Assembly (NCBI GenBank): GCA_037189525.1
Contig: JBBCJC010000009.1
Coordinates: forward strand, 1-29,446
Direction of reading: 5' to 3'
Source of the DNA: Gemmatimonadales bacterium
GTDB lineage: Bacteria > Gemmatimonadota > Gemmatimonadetes > Gemmatimonadales > GWC2-71-9
DNA length: 29,446 nucleotides
In this document: positions 1-17,534 of the stretch, one piece after another
Layout: the number at the start of each line of letters is the position of its first letter
How positions within the stretch are numbered: the stretch's first letter is position 1
Position numbers and translations under genes: made by a program
Notes under the pieces: model-generated
What the model was told of the DNA's origin: nothing
What the model saw: the letters and a program-made list of their open reading frames with translations, nothing else
The model's database searches: none

Positions 1-142
1 GGAGATGGTGATGCCGGGCGACAATGTGCAGATGAAGGTGGAGCTGATCACGCCGATCGCGATGGACGAGGGGTTGCGGTTCGCGATCCGCGAGGGTGGA
101 CGGACGGTCGGTGCCGGCGTCGTCACCAAGATCCTCAAGTAA
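1..142 (+). CDS. tuf: Elongation factor Tu, 3' end only (partial)
   Basis: The frame from nt 2 reads [46 protein letters not shown], the canonical EF-Tu C-terminus. TAA is at 140-142. Confidence 0.97.
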   Translation, partial: EMVMPGDNVQMKVELITPIAMDEGLRFAIREGGRTVGAGVVTKILK

Positions 143-195
143 CACGAAGCAGCAGGTTTCCGAGGGCGTAGGGCTGGTTTCAGGAGATTGATGCG

Positions 196-348
196 ATGCC
201 GAGAGAGAACATCATCCTCGAATGCACCGAGTGCAAAGAGCGGAACTACTTCACCGATAAGAATCGGCGCACCCATCCGGAGCGCGTCGAGCGGCGGAAG
301 TTTTGCCCCCGGTGCAACCAGCACCGCGCGCACAAGGAAACGAAGTAG
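196..348 (+). CDS. rpmG: 50S ribosomal protein L33, zinc-ribbon (CxxC...CxxC) type; absent from the ORF track
   Basis: Manual translation gives [50 protein letters not shown] (50 aa). AGGAG lies upstream at 182-186, and the position between tuf and secE is typical. Confidence 0.96.
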   Translation: MPRENIILECTECKERNYFTDKNRRTHPERVERRKFCPRCNQHRAHKETK

Positions 349-350
349 TC

Positions 351-593
351 ATGGAACAGGCGCAAGCGGGACCGGAGAGCAACAAGCTGGTGCTCGGCGT
401 GCGGTCCGCACGCCAGTTCCTGCTTGATACCAAGGCGGAGCTCAAAAAGGTCGTTTGGCCGACCAGGGAAGAACTGCTCGATGCCACCAAGCGGGTCATT
501 CTGATGACCGTCCTGATCGGGACGGTCATCGGTCTGCTCGATCTGGTGCTCAAGAAGATCCTGGTCGACGGCGTCGCCGCGTTGATCCGGTAA
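351..593 (+). CDS. secE: Preprotein translocase subunit SecE (single-TM type)
   Basis: ELKKVVWPTREE SecE motif followed by a hydrophobic helix. The ATG at 351 sits just after the rpmG stop, and the gene precedes nusG. Confidence 0.93.
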   Translation: MEQAQAGPESNKLVLGVRSARQFLLDTKAELKKVVWPTREELLDATKRVILMTVLIGTVIGLLDLVLKKILVDGVAALIR

Positions 594-597
594 GACC

Positions 598-1140
598 ATG
601 GAATACCGCTGGTACGCCATCCAGGTCACGGCCGGGCACGAGAACAAGGTGAAGGGCCTTCTGCTGCGGCGGATCGAGGAAGATCCTCGGCCGGCCGAGC
701 AGAAGCTGGTGCGCCAGGCTCTGGTCCCGGTGCAGGAGGCGATCGAGATCAAGAACGGCAAGAAGGTCCTGGTCGAGCGCAAGCTCTACCCGGGCTACGT
801 TCTGGTCGAGACCACCATGAGCCAGGAAGCCCAGCACCTGGTCAACAGCGTGCAGGGCGTCATCAAGTTCGTCGGATCGGGCAAGCTGCCGCAGGCTCTC
901 CGACAGGACGAAGTCAACCGGCTCCTCGGCATCGTCGAAGAGGCGTCGGAGTCCGGACCGAAGGAAGAGATTCCGTTCATGGTCGGCCAGGCGGTCGAAA
1001 TCACGGACGGACCGTTCTCGGACTTCAGTGGGACGGTCGAAGAAGTGCTTGCCGACAAGGGCAAGGTCAAGGTGTCGGTCTCGCTCTTCGGGCGGCCGAC
1101 CACCGTCGAGCTGGACTACCTCCAGCTCCGGGGTCACTGA
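598..1140 (+). CDS. nusG: Transcription termination/antitermination factor NusG
   Basis: N-terminal WYAIQV..G.E.KV, YPGYVLV, and KOW motif GQAVEITDGPFSDFSGTV; ends FGRPTTVEL. Confidence 0.97.
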   Translation: MEYRWYAIQVTAGHENKVKGLLLRRIEEDPRPAEQKLVRQALVPVQEAIEIKNGKKVLVERKLYPGYVLVETTMSQEAQHLVNSVQGVIKFVGSGKLPQALRQDEVNRLLGIVEEASESGPKEEIPFMVGQAVEITDGPFSDFSGTVEEVLADKGKVKVSVSLFGRPTTVELDYLQLRGH

Positions 1141-1213
1141 CGGATAGCGGTCGGCGCGTCGTCGCCGGCCGCGCTTCGGCAGCGGCTCCACCCCGCGACC
1201 GCACGGGTATCTG
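1141..1213 (+). promoter_or_regulatory. Structured RNA in the nusG-rplK spacer; candidate ribosomal-protein autoregulatory leader
   Basis: GCGGTCG (1147-1153) pairs with CGACCGC (1196-1202). An inner GCCGC-GC-TTCG-GC-A-GCGGC hairpin (1168-1186) has a cUUCGg tetraloop. Function is inferred from position only. Confidence 0.4.
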
Positions 1214-1268
1214 CGGCAGAACGGCCAACGCGATCGGGTAGCGCGGCGGCATTCGGAACGAGGGAGGC

Positions 1269-1694
1269 ATGGCAAAGAAGGTTGTGGCGCAGGTCAAACT
1301 CCAGTGTCCCGCTGGAGCGGCCAACCCGGCACCCCCCGTGGGTACCGCGTTGGGTCCGCAAGGCGTGAACATCATGGAGTTCTGCAAGCAGTTCAACGCA
1401 CGGACGCAGTCGCAGGCCGGGATGATCATTCCGGTCGTCGTGACGGTGTACGCCGATCGGACGTTCACGTTCATCACCAAGACGCCGCCCGCGGCGAACC
1501 TGCTGATGAAGGAAGTTGGTCTCGACAAGGGCAGCGCGCAGCCCAACCGGAACAAGGTGGGCAAGGTTACCAAGGCGCAGCTCAAGAAGATCGCCGAGCT
1601 CAAGATGGTCGACCTGAATGCGGCGGGCATCGATTCGGCGATGCGGATGATTGCGGGCACCGCCCGTTCGATGGGGCTGGAGGTGAGCGACTGA
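1269..1694 (+). CDS. rplK: 50S ribosomal protein L11
   Basis: [39 protein letters not shown]..; GGAGG SD upstream. Confidence 0.98.
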   Translation: MAKKVVAQVKLQCPAGAANPAPPVGTALGPQGVNIMEFCKQFNARTQSQAGMIIPVVVTVYADRTFTFITKTPPAANLLMKEVGLDKGSAQPNRNKVGKVTKAQLKKIAELKMVDLNAAGIDSAMRMIAGTARSMGLEVSD

Positions 1695-2380
1695 TGGCCT
1701 CCGGAAAGAAATTCGCCAACGCGTTCGGCAAAGTCGATCGCGAGCGTCAGTATCCGATCAGCGATGCGGTCAAGCTGGTCAAGTCGACCGCGTTCGCCAA
1801 GTTCAACGAGACCGTCGATGTGGCGGTCCGGTTGGGCGTCGATCCGCGGCACGCCGATCAGGTCGTCCGGGGCACCGTCGTGCTGCCGCACGGCACCGGT
1901 AAGTCGGTGCGCGTGCTGGTCGTCACGCAGGGCGATCGGGTCAAGGACGCCGAAGCGGCGGGCGCCGATTTCGTGGGAATCGAATACATCCAGAAGCTCA
2001 AGGACGGCTGGCTCGAGTGCGACGTCATCGTCGCCACGCCGGACGTGATGGGGCAGTTGGGTGCGCTGGGTAAGATCCTGGGCCCTCGAGGCCTGATGCC
2101 GAATCCGAAGGCGGGCACGGTCACGATGGATGTGGCGCGTGCGGTGCGCGAGATCAAGGCTGGTAAGATCGAGTTCCGGGTCGACAAGACCGGCAACGTG
2201 CATGCGCCGATCGGCAAAGTGTCGTTCAGCGAGCAGCAACTGGAAGAGAACCTGCAGGCTTTCATGGACACCATCGTGAAGGCTAAGCCGTCGGCTGCCA
2301 AGGGCGTGTACCTGCGCTCGGCCACGGTCTCGAGCACCATGGGGCCGGGAGTCCGGCTGGATACGGCGGTGTACCGATGA
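1694..2380 (+). CDS. rplA: 50S ribosomal protein L1
   Basis: The ATG overlaps the rplK stop (TGATG). Motifs [30 protein letters not shown] and [16 protein letters not shown] are present. Confidence 0.97.
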   Translation: MASGKKFANAFGKVDRERQYPISDAVKLVKSTAFAKFNETVDVAVRLGVDPRHADQVVRGTVVLPHGTGKSVRVLVVTQGDRVKDAEAAGADFVGIEYIQKLKDGWLECDVIVATPDVMGQLGALGKILGPRGLMPNPKAGTVTMDVARAVREIKAGKIEFRVDKTGNVHAPIGKVSFSEQQLEENLQAFMDTIVKAKPSAAKGVYLRSATVSSTMGPGVRLDTAVYR

Positions 2381-2877
2381 GCACCAAAGCCGAACGTCAG
2401 GCCAACGTCGAGGTCCTCACCCAGGTGGTGAAGGACTCGGCGAGCATCTACGTGACCGACTTCGCCGGTCTCGATGTCGCGAAGATCACCGATCTGCGTC
2501 GCCGGCTGCGCGAAGCCGGAGCGCGCTACGTGGTCGTCAAGAACACGCTGGCGCAGCGTGCGCTGGCCGCCAACGCGGTCACCACGCTCGACGAGCATCT
2601 GGTCGGACCGACCGGTCTCGTGTTTACCGGTGCGGATCCGCTCGCGGCGGCCAAGGTCCTTGGGCAGTTTGCCAAGGAGCACCAGAAGCCGGCGGTCAAG
2701 GCGGGACTGGTCGACGGCAAGACCGTCGACGGTGCGTACGTCAAGCGTCTGGGCGAGTTGCCCTCGCGCGACGAACTGCTCGGGCAGTTCGTGGGGTGCC
2801 TCAACGGTGTTCTCTATCAGGTGGTTGGCGCCCTCGAGGCGCTCAAGGACAAGCGTCAAGCTGAATCGGCTTCGTAA
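2377..2877 (+). CDS. rplJ: 50S ribosomal protein L10
   Basis: [18 protein letters not shown] motif and [14 protein letters not shown] overlap with the rplA stop. Confidence 0.96.
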   Translation: MSTKAERQANVEVLTQVVKDSASIYVTDFAGLDVAKITDLRRRLREAGARYVVVKNTLAQRALAANAVTTLDEHLVGPTGLVFTGADPLAAAKVLGQFAKEHQKPAVKAGLVDGKTVDGAYVKRLGELPSRDELLGQFVGCLNGVLYQVVGALEALKDKRQAESAS

Positions 2878-2898
2878 GGGAAGCGGGAGAATCATACA

Positions 2899-3279
2899 AT
2901 GTCGACGTTAACGAACGAGCAGATCCTCGAAGCGATCGGTGGCAAGACTGTCGTTGAGCTGTCCGAGCTGATCGAGGCCTTCAAGACGAAGTTCAACGTG
3001 TCCGTGGTCGCGGCGGCTGCGCCGGGTGCGGGTGGCGGTGCGGCGGCTCCGGCGGCCGAGGAACAGACCGAGTTCTCGGTCATCCTCAAGGACGGCGGCG
3101 CCAAGAAGATTCAGGTCATCAAGGTGATCCGCGAGATCGTCTCGGGCCTGGGTCTCAAGGAAGCCAAGGATATCGTGGATGGCGCGCCCAAGACGATCAA
3201 GGAAGGCGCCACCAAGGCCGAGGCCGAAGAGATCAAGAAGAAGCTGGAAGAGCAGGGCGCTGCCGTCGAGCTGAAGTAG
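2899..3279 (+). CDS. rplL: 50S ribosomal protein L7/L12
   Basis: Ala/Gly hinge, [28 protein letters not shown], and C-terminal GAAVELK. Confidence 0.98.
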   Translation: MSTLTNEQILEAIGGKTVVELSELIEAFKTKFNVSVVAAAAPGAGGGAAAPAAEEQTEFSVILKDGGAKKIQVIKVIREIVSGLGLKEAKDIVDGAPKTIKEGATKAEAEEIKKKLEEQGAAVELK

Positions 3280-3290
3280 GGCCGGGCACG

Positions 3291-3316
3291 GCCGACCCGC
3301 CATCCGGCGGGTCGGC
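3291..3316 (+). other. Perfect 11-bp GC-rich hairpin after rplL (no U-tract; possible pause, processing or stability element)
   Basis: GCCGACCCGCC-ATCC-GGCGGGTCGGC. Confidence 0.5.
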
Positions 3317-3516
3317 GTCCCGCTCCCGCTTCAGTGAGGCGACATGCGCACTTTGCGTTGTAGTCGAAAGAGGAACCAGGGTTCGAGCACGGGGGCCGGC
3401 TGCGCAGCAGCCGAGTCTCTCGCGCAGGCGTGCCCTATTTCTCGGCGGCGGATCGACTCGTATTCGGCACTCCTGCCGGGGCGAGCGTTCGTGTTTGCCG
3501 AGTCTCGAGGTCATCG

Positions 3517-7980
<4,464 letters not shown>

Positions 7981-7986
7981 TAGCCT

Positions 7987-12312
<4,326 letters not shown>

Positions 12313-12333
12313 GTTTTTCCCCTTGTGCTGTTG

Positions 12334-12375
12334 AAGAAAAAGCCGCCAGACTTCAAACCCTGGCGGTTTTTTCTT
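12334..12375 (+). terminator. Rho-independent terminator after rpoC (A-tract before, U-tract after; potentially bidirectional)
   Basis: AAGAAAAA-GCCGCCAG-acttcaaacc-CTGGCGGT-TTTTTCTT. Confidence 0.88.
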
Positions 12376-12452
12376 GGAGGCGGCAAGGCGCGGTGCGGGG
12401 GCTTTTTACGGCACATGCATAACGGCGTGAAGAGCCGGACGGGCGATAGATT

Positions 12453-13364
12453 ATGAAAGACGACAGATTGATAGAGATGCGGGTGTTCAAGGCCGTGGTC
12501 GATGCGGGCGGATTCACCGCCGCCGCGGTCAGGCTGGAGGCCAGCCAGCCCTTTGTCAGCAAAGTCGTTTCCAACCTGGAACGGCGCCTGGGCTGTAAGC
12601 TGCTGCATCGCTCGACGCGTTCTCAGCGCATGACGCGCGAAGGCGAACGGTTCTTGTCGTCATGCAATCGAGTGTTGGATGCGATCGATCATGCGGAATC
12701 CCAGATCAAAGAGGGCGACCCCCTGGGCGAACTCAAGGTGAGCGCGCCGCTCGCATTCGGGCTGGATCAGATCGTTCCGCGCCTACCGGCATTTCAAGAA
12801 AAGTATCCGCGCCTGACGGTCCATCTTTCGCTGTCGGACAATATCGTCAATCTGATCGACGATGATTTCGACGTGGCGATACGCATGGGCCGGCTCCAGG
12901 ACTCTTCGCTGGTCCGACGCAAACTGTGTCACTTGCACCGTATCGTCGTCGCATCGCCGGACTACGTCGGGAAATTCGGCCAGCCGGTGACGCCGGAAGG
13001 CTTGGAGAACGGCCAGCATAACTGCCTGATGTGGCGGGGCATCCATCAGCACATGAATCGATGGCCGTTCATCATCAATGGTCATCTGGAGCACATCAGC
13101 GTAAGAGGAAACGTGCATAGCGACAACGGAAGCTCGCTCTACGAGCTTTGTCTCAAGGGCGTGGGCATCATGAGACTGGCGGAGCACCTGGCCTTGCCCG
13201 CGTTGCGCCGCGGCGATCTGGTCCCGCTGCTTTCCGATTACGTCGTGCGGGACGACACCGCCATTTACGCCGTGTACTTGGGTGAAGGTCCGACCAAGCC
13301 GCGTGTCAGAAGCTTTATTGATTATTACGCCGAGATATTCAAGACGCCTCCTTGGGAGTCATGA
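12453..13364 (+). CDS. LysR-family transcriptional regulator (CrgA/DmlR-like)
   Basis: N-terminal HTH FKAVVDAGGFTAAA..SQPFVSKVVSNLERRLGCKLLHRSTR; effector domain with FDVAIRMG and VVASPDY; 303 aa. Confidence 0.93.
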   Translation: MKDDRLIEMRVFKAVVDAGGFTAAAVRLEASQPFVSKVVSNLERRLGCKLLHRSTRSQRMTREGERFLSSCNRVLDAIDHAESQIKEGDPLGELKVSAPLAFGLDQIVPRLPAFQEKYPRLTVHLSLSDNIVNLIDDDFDVAIRMGRLQDSSLVRRKLCHLHRIVVASPDYVGKFGQPVTPEGLENGQHNCLMWRGIHQHMNRWPFIINGHLEHISVRGNVHSDNGSSLYELCLKGVGIMRLAEHLALPALRRGDLVPLLSDYVVRDDTAIYAVYLGEGPTKPRVRSFIDYYAEIFKTPPWES

Positions 13365-13402
13365 ATAGGCATGATTTATATCAATGCATGATAAGTCTTA
13401 TC
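13359..13402. promoter_or_regulatory. Clustered palindromes, candidate LysR operator(s) upstream of the aldolase gene
   Basis: TCATG-N6-CATGA (13359-13374), TATCA-N5-TGATA (13379-13393, contains T-N11-A) and GATAAG-T-CTTATC (13390-13402), all in an AT-rich spacer. Confidence 0.5.
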
Positions 13403-13478
13403 GACTTCAGGTGCTTGGTTACGTAGTGCGCGTGTCGTATCTTCTTTTTTAGTTTGATACCAACATCAGGAGAGCAGC

Positions 13479-14327
13479 ATGCACGCAACCCTAAGCCCCG
13501 AGGTGTCTCAAGACGACATCGATCTGGGTGGGCGCGAGTCCATCTACCAGCCCGAGCAGGCGGGCTTGAAGTTTCCCAGCATTCCGCAGTTTTCATCCAA
13601 GGCGCAAGAGCGCCAGTACTTGAAAGAGCGTCTTGTTGCCGCGTGCCGCGCCTTTGCCCTGCATGGCCTGGACTATGGTTTCGCGGGCCACCTGACGGTA
13701 CGCGATCCGGAGTTTCCGGAGCTGTACTGGACGAACCCGATGGCCGTGCATTTCTCGCAAGTCAAAGTGTCGAATCTGATCCTGGCCGACCACCAGGGGA
13801 CGGTAAGGGAAGGGTCGTATGCGTTGAATCGCGCCGGCTTCGTGCTGCATGCGGCGGTGCATGAACATAATCCGGACATCGTCGCCATGTGCCACGCTCA
13901 TACGCTCTACGGTACAGCATTCTCCGCGCTGGGCAGGCCGTTGGCGCCCATCACCCAGGACGCGGCGGCGTTCTTCGAGGATCACGTCGTCATCCGCGAC
14001 GAGGGCGGCGCGGTCGCCGTGGAAGAAAAAGCCGGCAACGCGGTGGCGGGCTATTTCAAGGGCGTCAAGGCCGCCATCCACCAGAACCATGGGATCCTGA
14101 CCGTAAGCCGTCACAGCATCGAGGCAGCGGCGTTCTGGTTCATCGCCTTGGAGCGCTGTTGCCAGCAGGAAATGGCTTTGGAGGCGATGGGCAGCAAGCC
14201 CATTCACGTATCGCCGGAGCGTTCGCGCTACAGCCGCGAGCACGTCGGAAGCGAATATATCGGCTGGCTGCACTTCCAACCGATTTATGAGCAGCTGGCG
14301 GCTACTCAGCCGGATATGTTCGAGTAA
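13479..14327 (+). CDS. Class II aldolase/adducin-fold metalloenzyme
   Basis: GHLTVRDPE, metal-ligand motifs CHAHT and QNHG, LERCCQ; AGGAG SD upstream. Confidence 0.88.
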   Translation: MHATLSPEVSQDDIDLGGRESIYQPEQAGLKFPSIPQFSSKAQERQYLKERLVAACRAFALHGLDYGFAGHLTVRDPEFPELYWTNPMAVHFSQVKVSNLILADHQGTVREGSYALNRAGFVLHAAVHEHNPDIVAMCHAHTLYGTAFSALGRPLAPITQDAAAFFEDHVVIRDEGGAVAVEEKAGNAVAGYFKGVKAAIHQNHGILTVSRHSIEAAAFWFIALERCCQQEMALEAMGSKPIHVSPERSRYSREHVGSEYIGWLHFQPIYEQLAATQPDMFE

Positions 14328-14450
14328 AGTAGTCGACTTTTCGCGGGACCGGGTTAATGGTCCGGCGGTTGGGATCTGCAAATCAAGATAAGCCGGAAAC
14401 GACCCGTCGGCGTTGCGGGCGGGCGAATTCCGCAGGGTACGGAGACATCG

Positions 14451-15056
14451 TTGAGGATACTGATAAAAGGCTATTTTCGCCTATTAGAGTGCGCACTTAT
14501 CATTTGCCTGGCGGCCATGGTCGCTCTGGTATTCGGCAATGTGGTTTTGCGGTATGGATTCAATACCGGGCTCGATATATCCGAAGAGCTGTCGCGGTAT
14601 TTGTTCCTGGTCTCGACGTTCCTGGGCGCGATCGTGGCCATGCGCGAAAATCTGCACCTGGGCGTCGATTCTGTCGTCAAGCGGTTGAGCCTGCGAGGCA
14701 AGAAAGCCTGTTTTCTCGTAAGCCACTTATTGATGATCTATGTCGATTGGCTGTTGTTGGAAGGAAGCTGGCGGCAGGCGGTCATCAATCTACACGTCGT
14801 CATGCCCGTTACTGGGATTTCCATGGCCGCTTTCTATGGCCTTGGCGTCGTCTTCGGTGTTTCCGTGGGAGGCTTGCTGATCTGGAACGTGTTCAGGCTA
14901 CTGTCGGGGCAACTCGATGAAGCGGACATGAACGTGGTCAAGGAGTCGGAAGACACCACGGACGTCGCGGCGATCGAATCCGCTTTGGCGAGCGGGACAC
15001 CGGCCGGCGTCAAATCGATGCAGGCGTCGCCTCCTGCAACGGGGGCGCGGCCATGA
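14451..15056 (+). CDS. TRAP transporter small permease (DctQ family)
   Basis: NVVLRY, SEELSRYLF, HLGVD motifs, 4 TM segments; TTG start with GGAG at 14441-14444. Confidence 0.92.
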   Translation: MRILIKGYFRLLECALIICLAAMVALVFGNVVLRYGFNTGLDISEELSRYLFLVSTFLGAIVAMRENLHLGVDSVVKRLSLRGKKACFLVSHLLMIYVDWLLLEGSWRQAVINLHVVMPVTGISMAAFYGLGVVFGVSVGGLLIWNVFRLLSGQLDEADMNVVKESEDTTDVAAIESALASGTPAGVKSMQASPPATGARP

Positions 15057-16336
15057 TGACGCTAGGCGTATTCCTGGGTTCCTTGCTCGGCACCATCGCG
15101 TTGGGGATGCCCATCGCGTTCGCGCTCTTGCTGAGCGGCATGGCGCTCATGTTGCACCTCGACATGTTCGATTCTCAGATCATTGCGCAGAACATCATCA
15201 ACGGTGCCGACAGCTTTCCTCTCATGGCCGTGCCCTTCTTTTTGCTGGCCGGCGAGATCATGAATGCCGGCGGGCTGTCACGCCGCATCGTCGACGTGGC
15301 CATGGCGCTGGTGGGTCACATAAAAGGCGGGTTGGGCTATGTGGCGATTATGGCCGGCTGCTTGTTGTCGGCGCTGTCCGGCTCGGCCGTGGCCGATGCC
15401 GCCGCGCTGTCGGCATTGCTGTTGCCGATGATGGCCAGGGCCGGGTACGACCGCAGCTATTCGGGCGGGCTGATCGCGGCGACGAGTTGTATCGGGCCGG
15501 TCATTCCTCCTTCCATCGGGTTCATTATCTTCGGCGTGGCGGGCGGCGTGTCCATTACCCGGCTTTTCCTGGCCGGCATCGTTCCGGGCCTGTTGATAGG
15601 CTTGGCCTTGGCCATCGTATGGTGGTGGAAAAGCAGGTCGATCCAGATCGCGTCTCCTCCCCGCCAATCGGGCCAGGAAGTTCTCAAGGCATGCGCCCGC
15701 GGCTTCTGGGCGCTGATGCTGCCGGTCATCATCATCGTGGGTTTGCGGATGGGCGTTTTCACGCCGACGGAAGCGGCCGTCGTGGCGGCCGTTTACTCGC
15801 TATTCGTCGCCGTCGTCATCTACAGGGAACTCGACTTCGCCAAGCTCTGCCACGCGATGCTCATCACAATGAAGATGAGCGCCGTCGTGATGTTCCTGAT
15901 CGCGGCGGCGCTTGTGTCCGCTTGGCTGATCACCATCGCGGATCTGCCCGGGATGCTGGTGGAGCTATTGGAACCCTTCATGCATAACCCCATGTTGCTG
16001 CTGCTGGTCATCATCACCTTGGTGCTGATCATCGGCATGTGCATGGACATGGTCCCCATCATTCTCATTCTGACGCCGGTCTTGCTTCCCGTGGTGAAAG
16101 AGGCGGGCGTGGACCCCGTGTACTTCGGCGTGCTGTTCATCATCGCTTGCTCAATCGGTTTGATCACCCCTCCGGTCGGCTCCGTCCTGAACGTGGTCCG
16201 CAGTGTATCCAAGCTGAGCATGGACGACATCGTCAAAGGCGTATGGCCTTTCCTGGTAGCGGAGATCGTCCTGCTTTACTTGCTGATTTTCTTTCCGGCG
16301 CTGGTGACGGTGCCAGCTGGATGGTTCTATGGCTAA
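15053..16336 (+). CDS. TRAP transporter large permease (DctM family)
   Basis: LMAVPFFLLAGEIMNAGG, SGSAVAD, IPPSIGFI, TPTEAA, GLITPPVG; ATGA overlap with dctQ. Confidence 0.95.
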   Translation: MMTLGVFLGSLLGTIALGMPIAFALLLSGMALMLHLDMFDSQIIAQNIINGADSFPLMAVPFFLLAGEIMNAGGLSRRIVDVAMALVGHIKGGLGYVAIMAGCLLSALSGSAVADAAALSALLLPMMARAGYDRSYSGGLIAATSCIGPVIPPSIGFIIFGVAGGVSITRLFLAGIVPGLLIGLALAIVWWWKSRSIQIASPPRQSGQEVLKACARGFWALMLPVIIIVGLRMGVFTPTEAAVVAAVYSLFVAVVIYRELDFAKLCHAMLITMKMSAVVMFLIAAALVSAWLITIADLPGMLVELLEPFMHNPMLLLLVIITLVLIIGMCMDMVPIILILTPVLLPVVKEAGVDPVYFGVLFIIACSIGLITPPVGSVLNVVRSVSKLSMDDIVKGVWPFLVAEIVLLYLLIFFPALVTVPAGWFYG

Positions 16337-16368
16337 AAAGTTCTTTCAACGATAACGAGGAGATGAAG

Positions 16369-17388
16369 ATGCAAATAACATTGAAGAAATTCTTGGCGGC
16401 CGCGGTCATGCCGGCGTGTCTGCTGGCCGCCGGCCTGGCGCAGGCCGCCGACATACAGAAGCGCACCTTGCGGTTCTCGCATGTGCAGCCGAAAGAAAGC
16501 CATATGGGATACGGCGTGGAAAAGTTCGCCGAGCTCGTGAAAGAGAAAAGCGGCGGAAAGATTACCGTAAGGGCGTTTCACAACGGGACGCTGGGCGGCG
16601 ATATTCAGACTCTGTCGGCGCTGCAAGGCGGCACGCTGGATCTGACCACCATGCCGCCTGGATTGATGGTCGGAATGGCGGCCGAGTTCGGAGCTTTCGA
16701 TCTGCCGTTCTTGTTTCAGTCTTTCGAAGAGGCGGACAAGATGCTGGACGGGTCCGTCGGCGAGAAGTTCATGAATCGCTTGCCCGATGGACTGGTCGGA
16801 CTGGCGTACTGGGATCACGGGTTTCGTAACCTGTCGAACAGCAAGCGCCCCATTGCGAGGCAAGAGGACATCGAGGGCTTGAAGATCCGCGTGTTGCAGG
16901 CTCCGCTCATGATAGATACGTTCAAGCAGCTTGGTGCGAATGCCCTGCCCCTGCCTTTCACCGAATTGTTCACCGCGATGGAAACCGGCGCGGTTGATGG
17001 TCAGGACAACCCCATAGTGGCGTTCGAGACCAACAAATTCTACGAAGTGCAGAAACATCTGTCGAACACGCGGCACGTCTACAATCCCTTGATCGTGCTG
17101 ATGAGCCAGAAGAGCTGGGACAAGTTGTCGGCCGACGAGCAGAAGATACTGCGTGAAGCCGCCGAGGAAACCCGCGAGGACCAGCGCAAAGTGTCACGCG
17201 AGATGGAGGCCAAGGCTTTGAAGACCGCTCAAGAGCACGGCACGGTGTACACCGAGATATCGGATGCCGAGCGGGCCAGAATGGCCCAGTCGATGGCGCC
17301 GGTGATCGAGCGCTACAAAGGCCAGATCGGAGCCGAGCTGGTCGATGAAATATATGCCGAGCTCGATAAAGTGCGCGCGCAACGTTGA
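16369..17388 (+). CDS. TRAP transporter substrate-binding protein (DctP family)
   Basis: Signal peptide ending AQA-A, GLKIRV (carboxylate-binding Arg) and VDGQDNP. GAGGAG at 16357-16362 supports ATG 16369 over the ORF-track start at 16039. Confidence 0.93.
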   Translation: MQITLKKFLAAAVMPACLLAAGLAQAADIQKRTLRFSHVQPKESHMGYGVEKFAELVKEKSGGKITVRAFHNGTLGGDIQTLSALQGGTLDLTTMPPGLMVGMAAEFGAFDLPFLFQSFEEADKMLDGSVGEKFMNRLPDGLVGLAYWDHGFRNLSNSKRPIARQEDIEGLKIRVLQAPLMIDTFKQLGANALPLPFTELFTAMETGAVDGQDNPIVAFETNKFYEVQKHLSNTRHVYNPLIVLMSQKSWDKLSADEQKILREAAEETREDQRKVSREMEAKALKTAQEHGTVYTEISDAERARMAQSMAPVIERYKGQIGAELVDEIYAELDKVRAQR

Positions 17389-17449
17389 TCGTAATCCGCA
17401 ATGAAACCGTCGAAATCGGACGGTAGGCCGCACGCGGCGGCCTGAAGCG

Positions 17450-17489
17450 AAACCTCCACCAACCCTATTCCAGGTTGGTGGAGGTTTTC
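17450..17489. terminator. Hairpin terminator between convergent dctP and ileS
   Basis: Perfect 15-bp stem AAACCTCCACCAACC / GGTTGGTGGAGGTTT with an 8-nt loop. Confidence 0.8.
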
Positions 17490-17534
17490 CTTCGAGTCTG
17501 TGCGTCGAGGGCGGCGCGGCTGTGTCGTCCTGCC

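Noticed and set aside
1304..1693. 358-aa ORF suggesting an extended L1
   Set aside because: The upstream part overlaps rplK in another frame. L1 homology starts at ATG 1694.
3430..3516. 29-codon N-terminal extension of RpoB from GTG 3430
   Set aside because: It has no RpoB-like character, and ATG 3517 has a GAGG SD.
16039..16368. N-terminal extension of DctP in the ORF track
   Set aside because: It overlaps dctM. The SD and signal peptide indicate a start at 16369.
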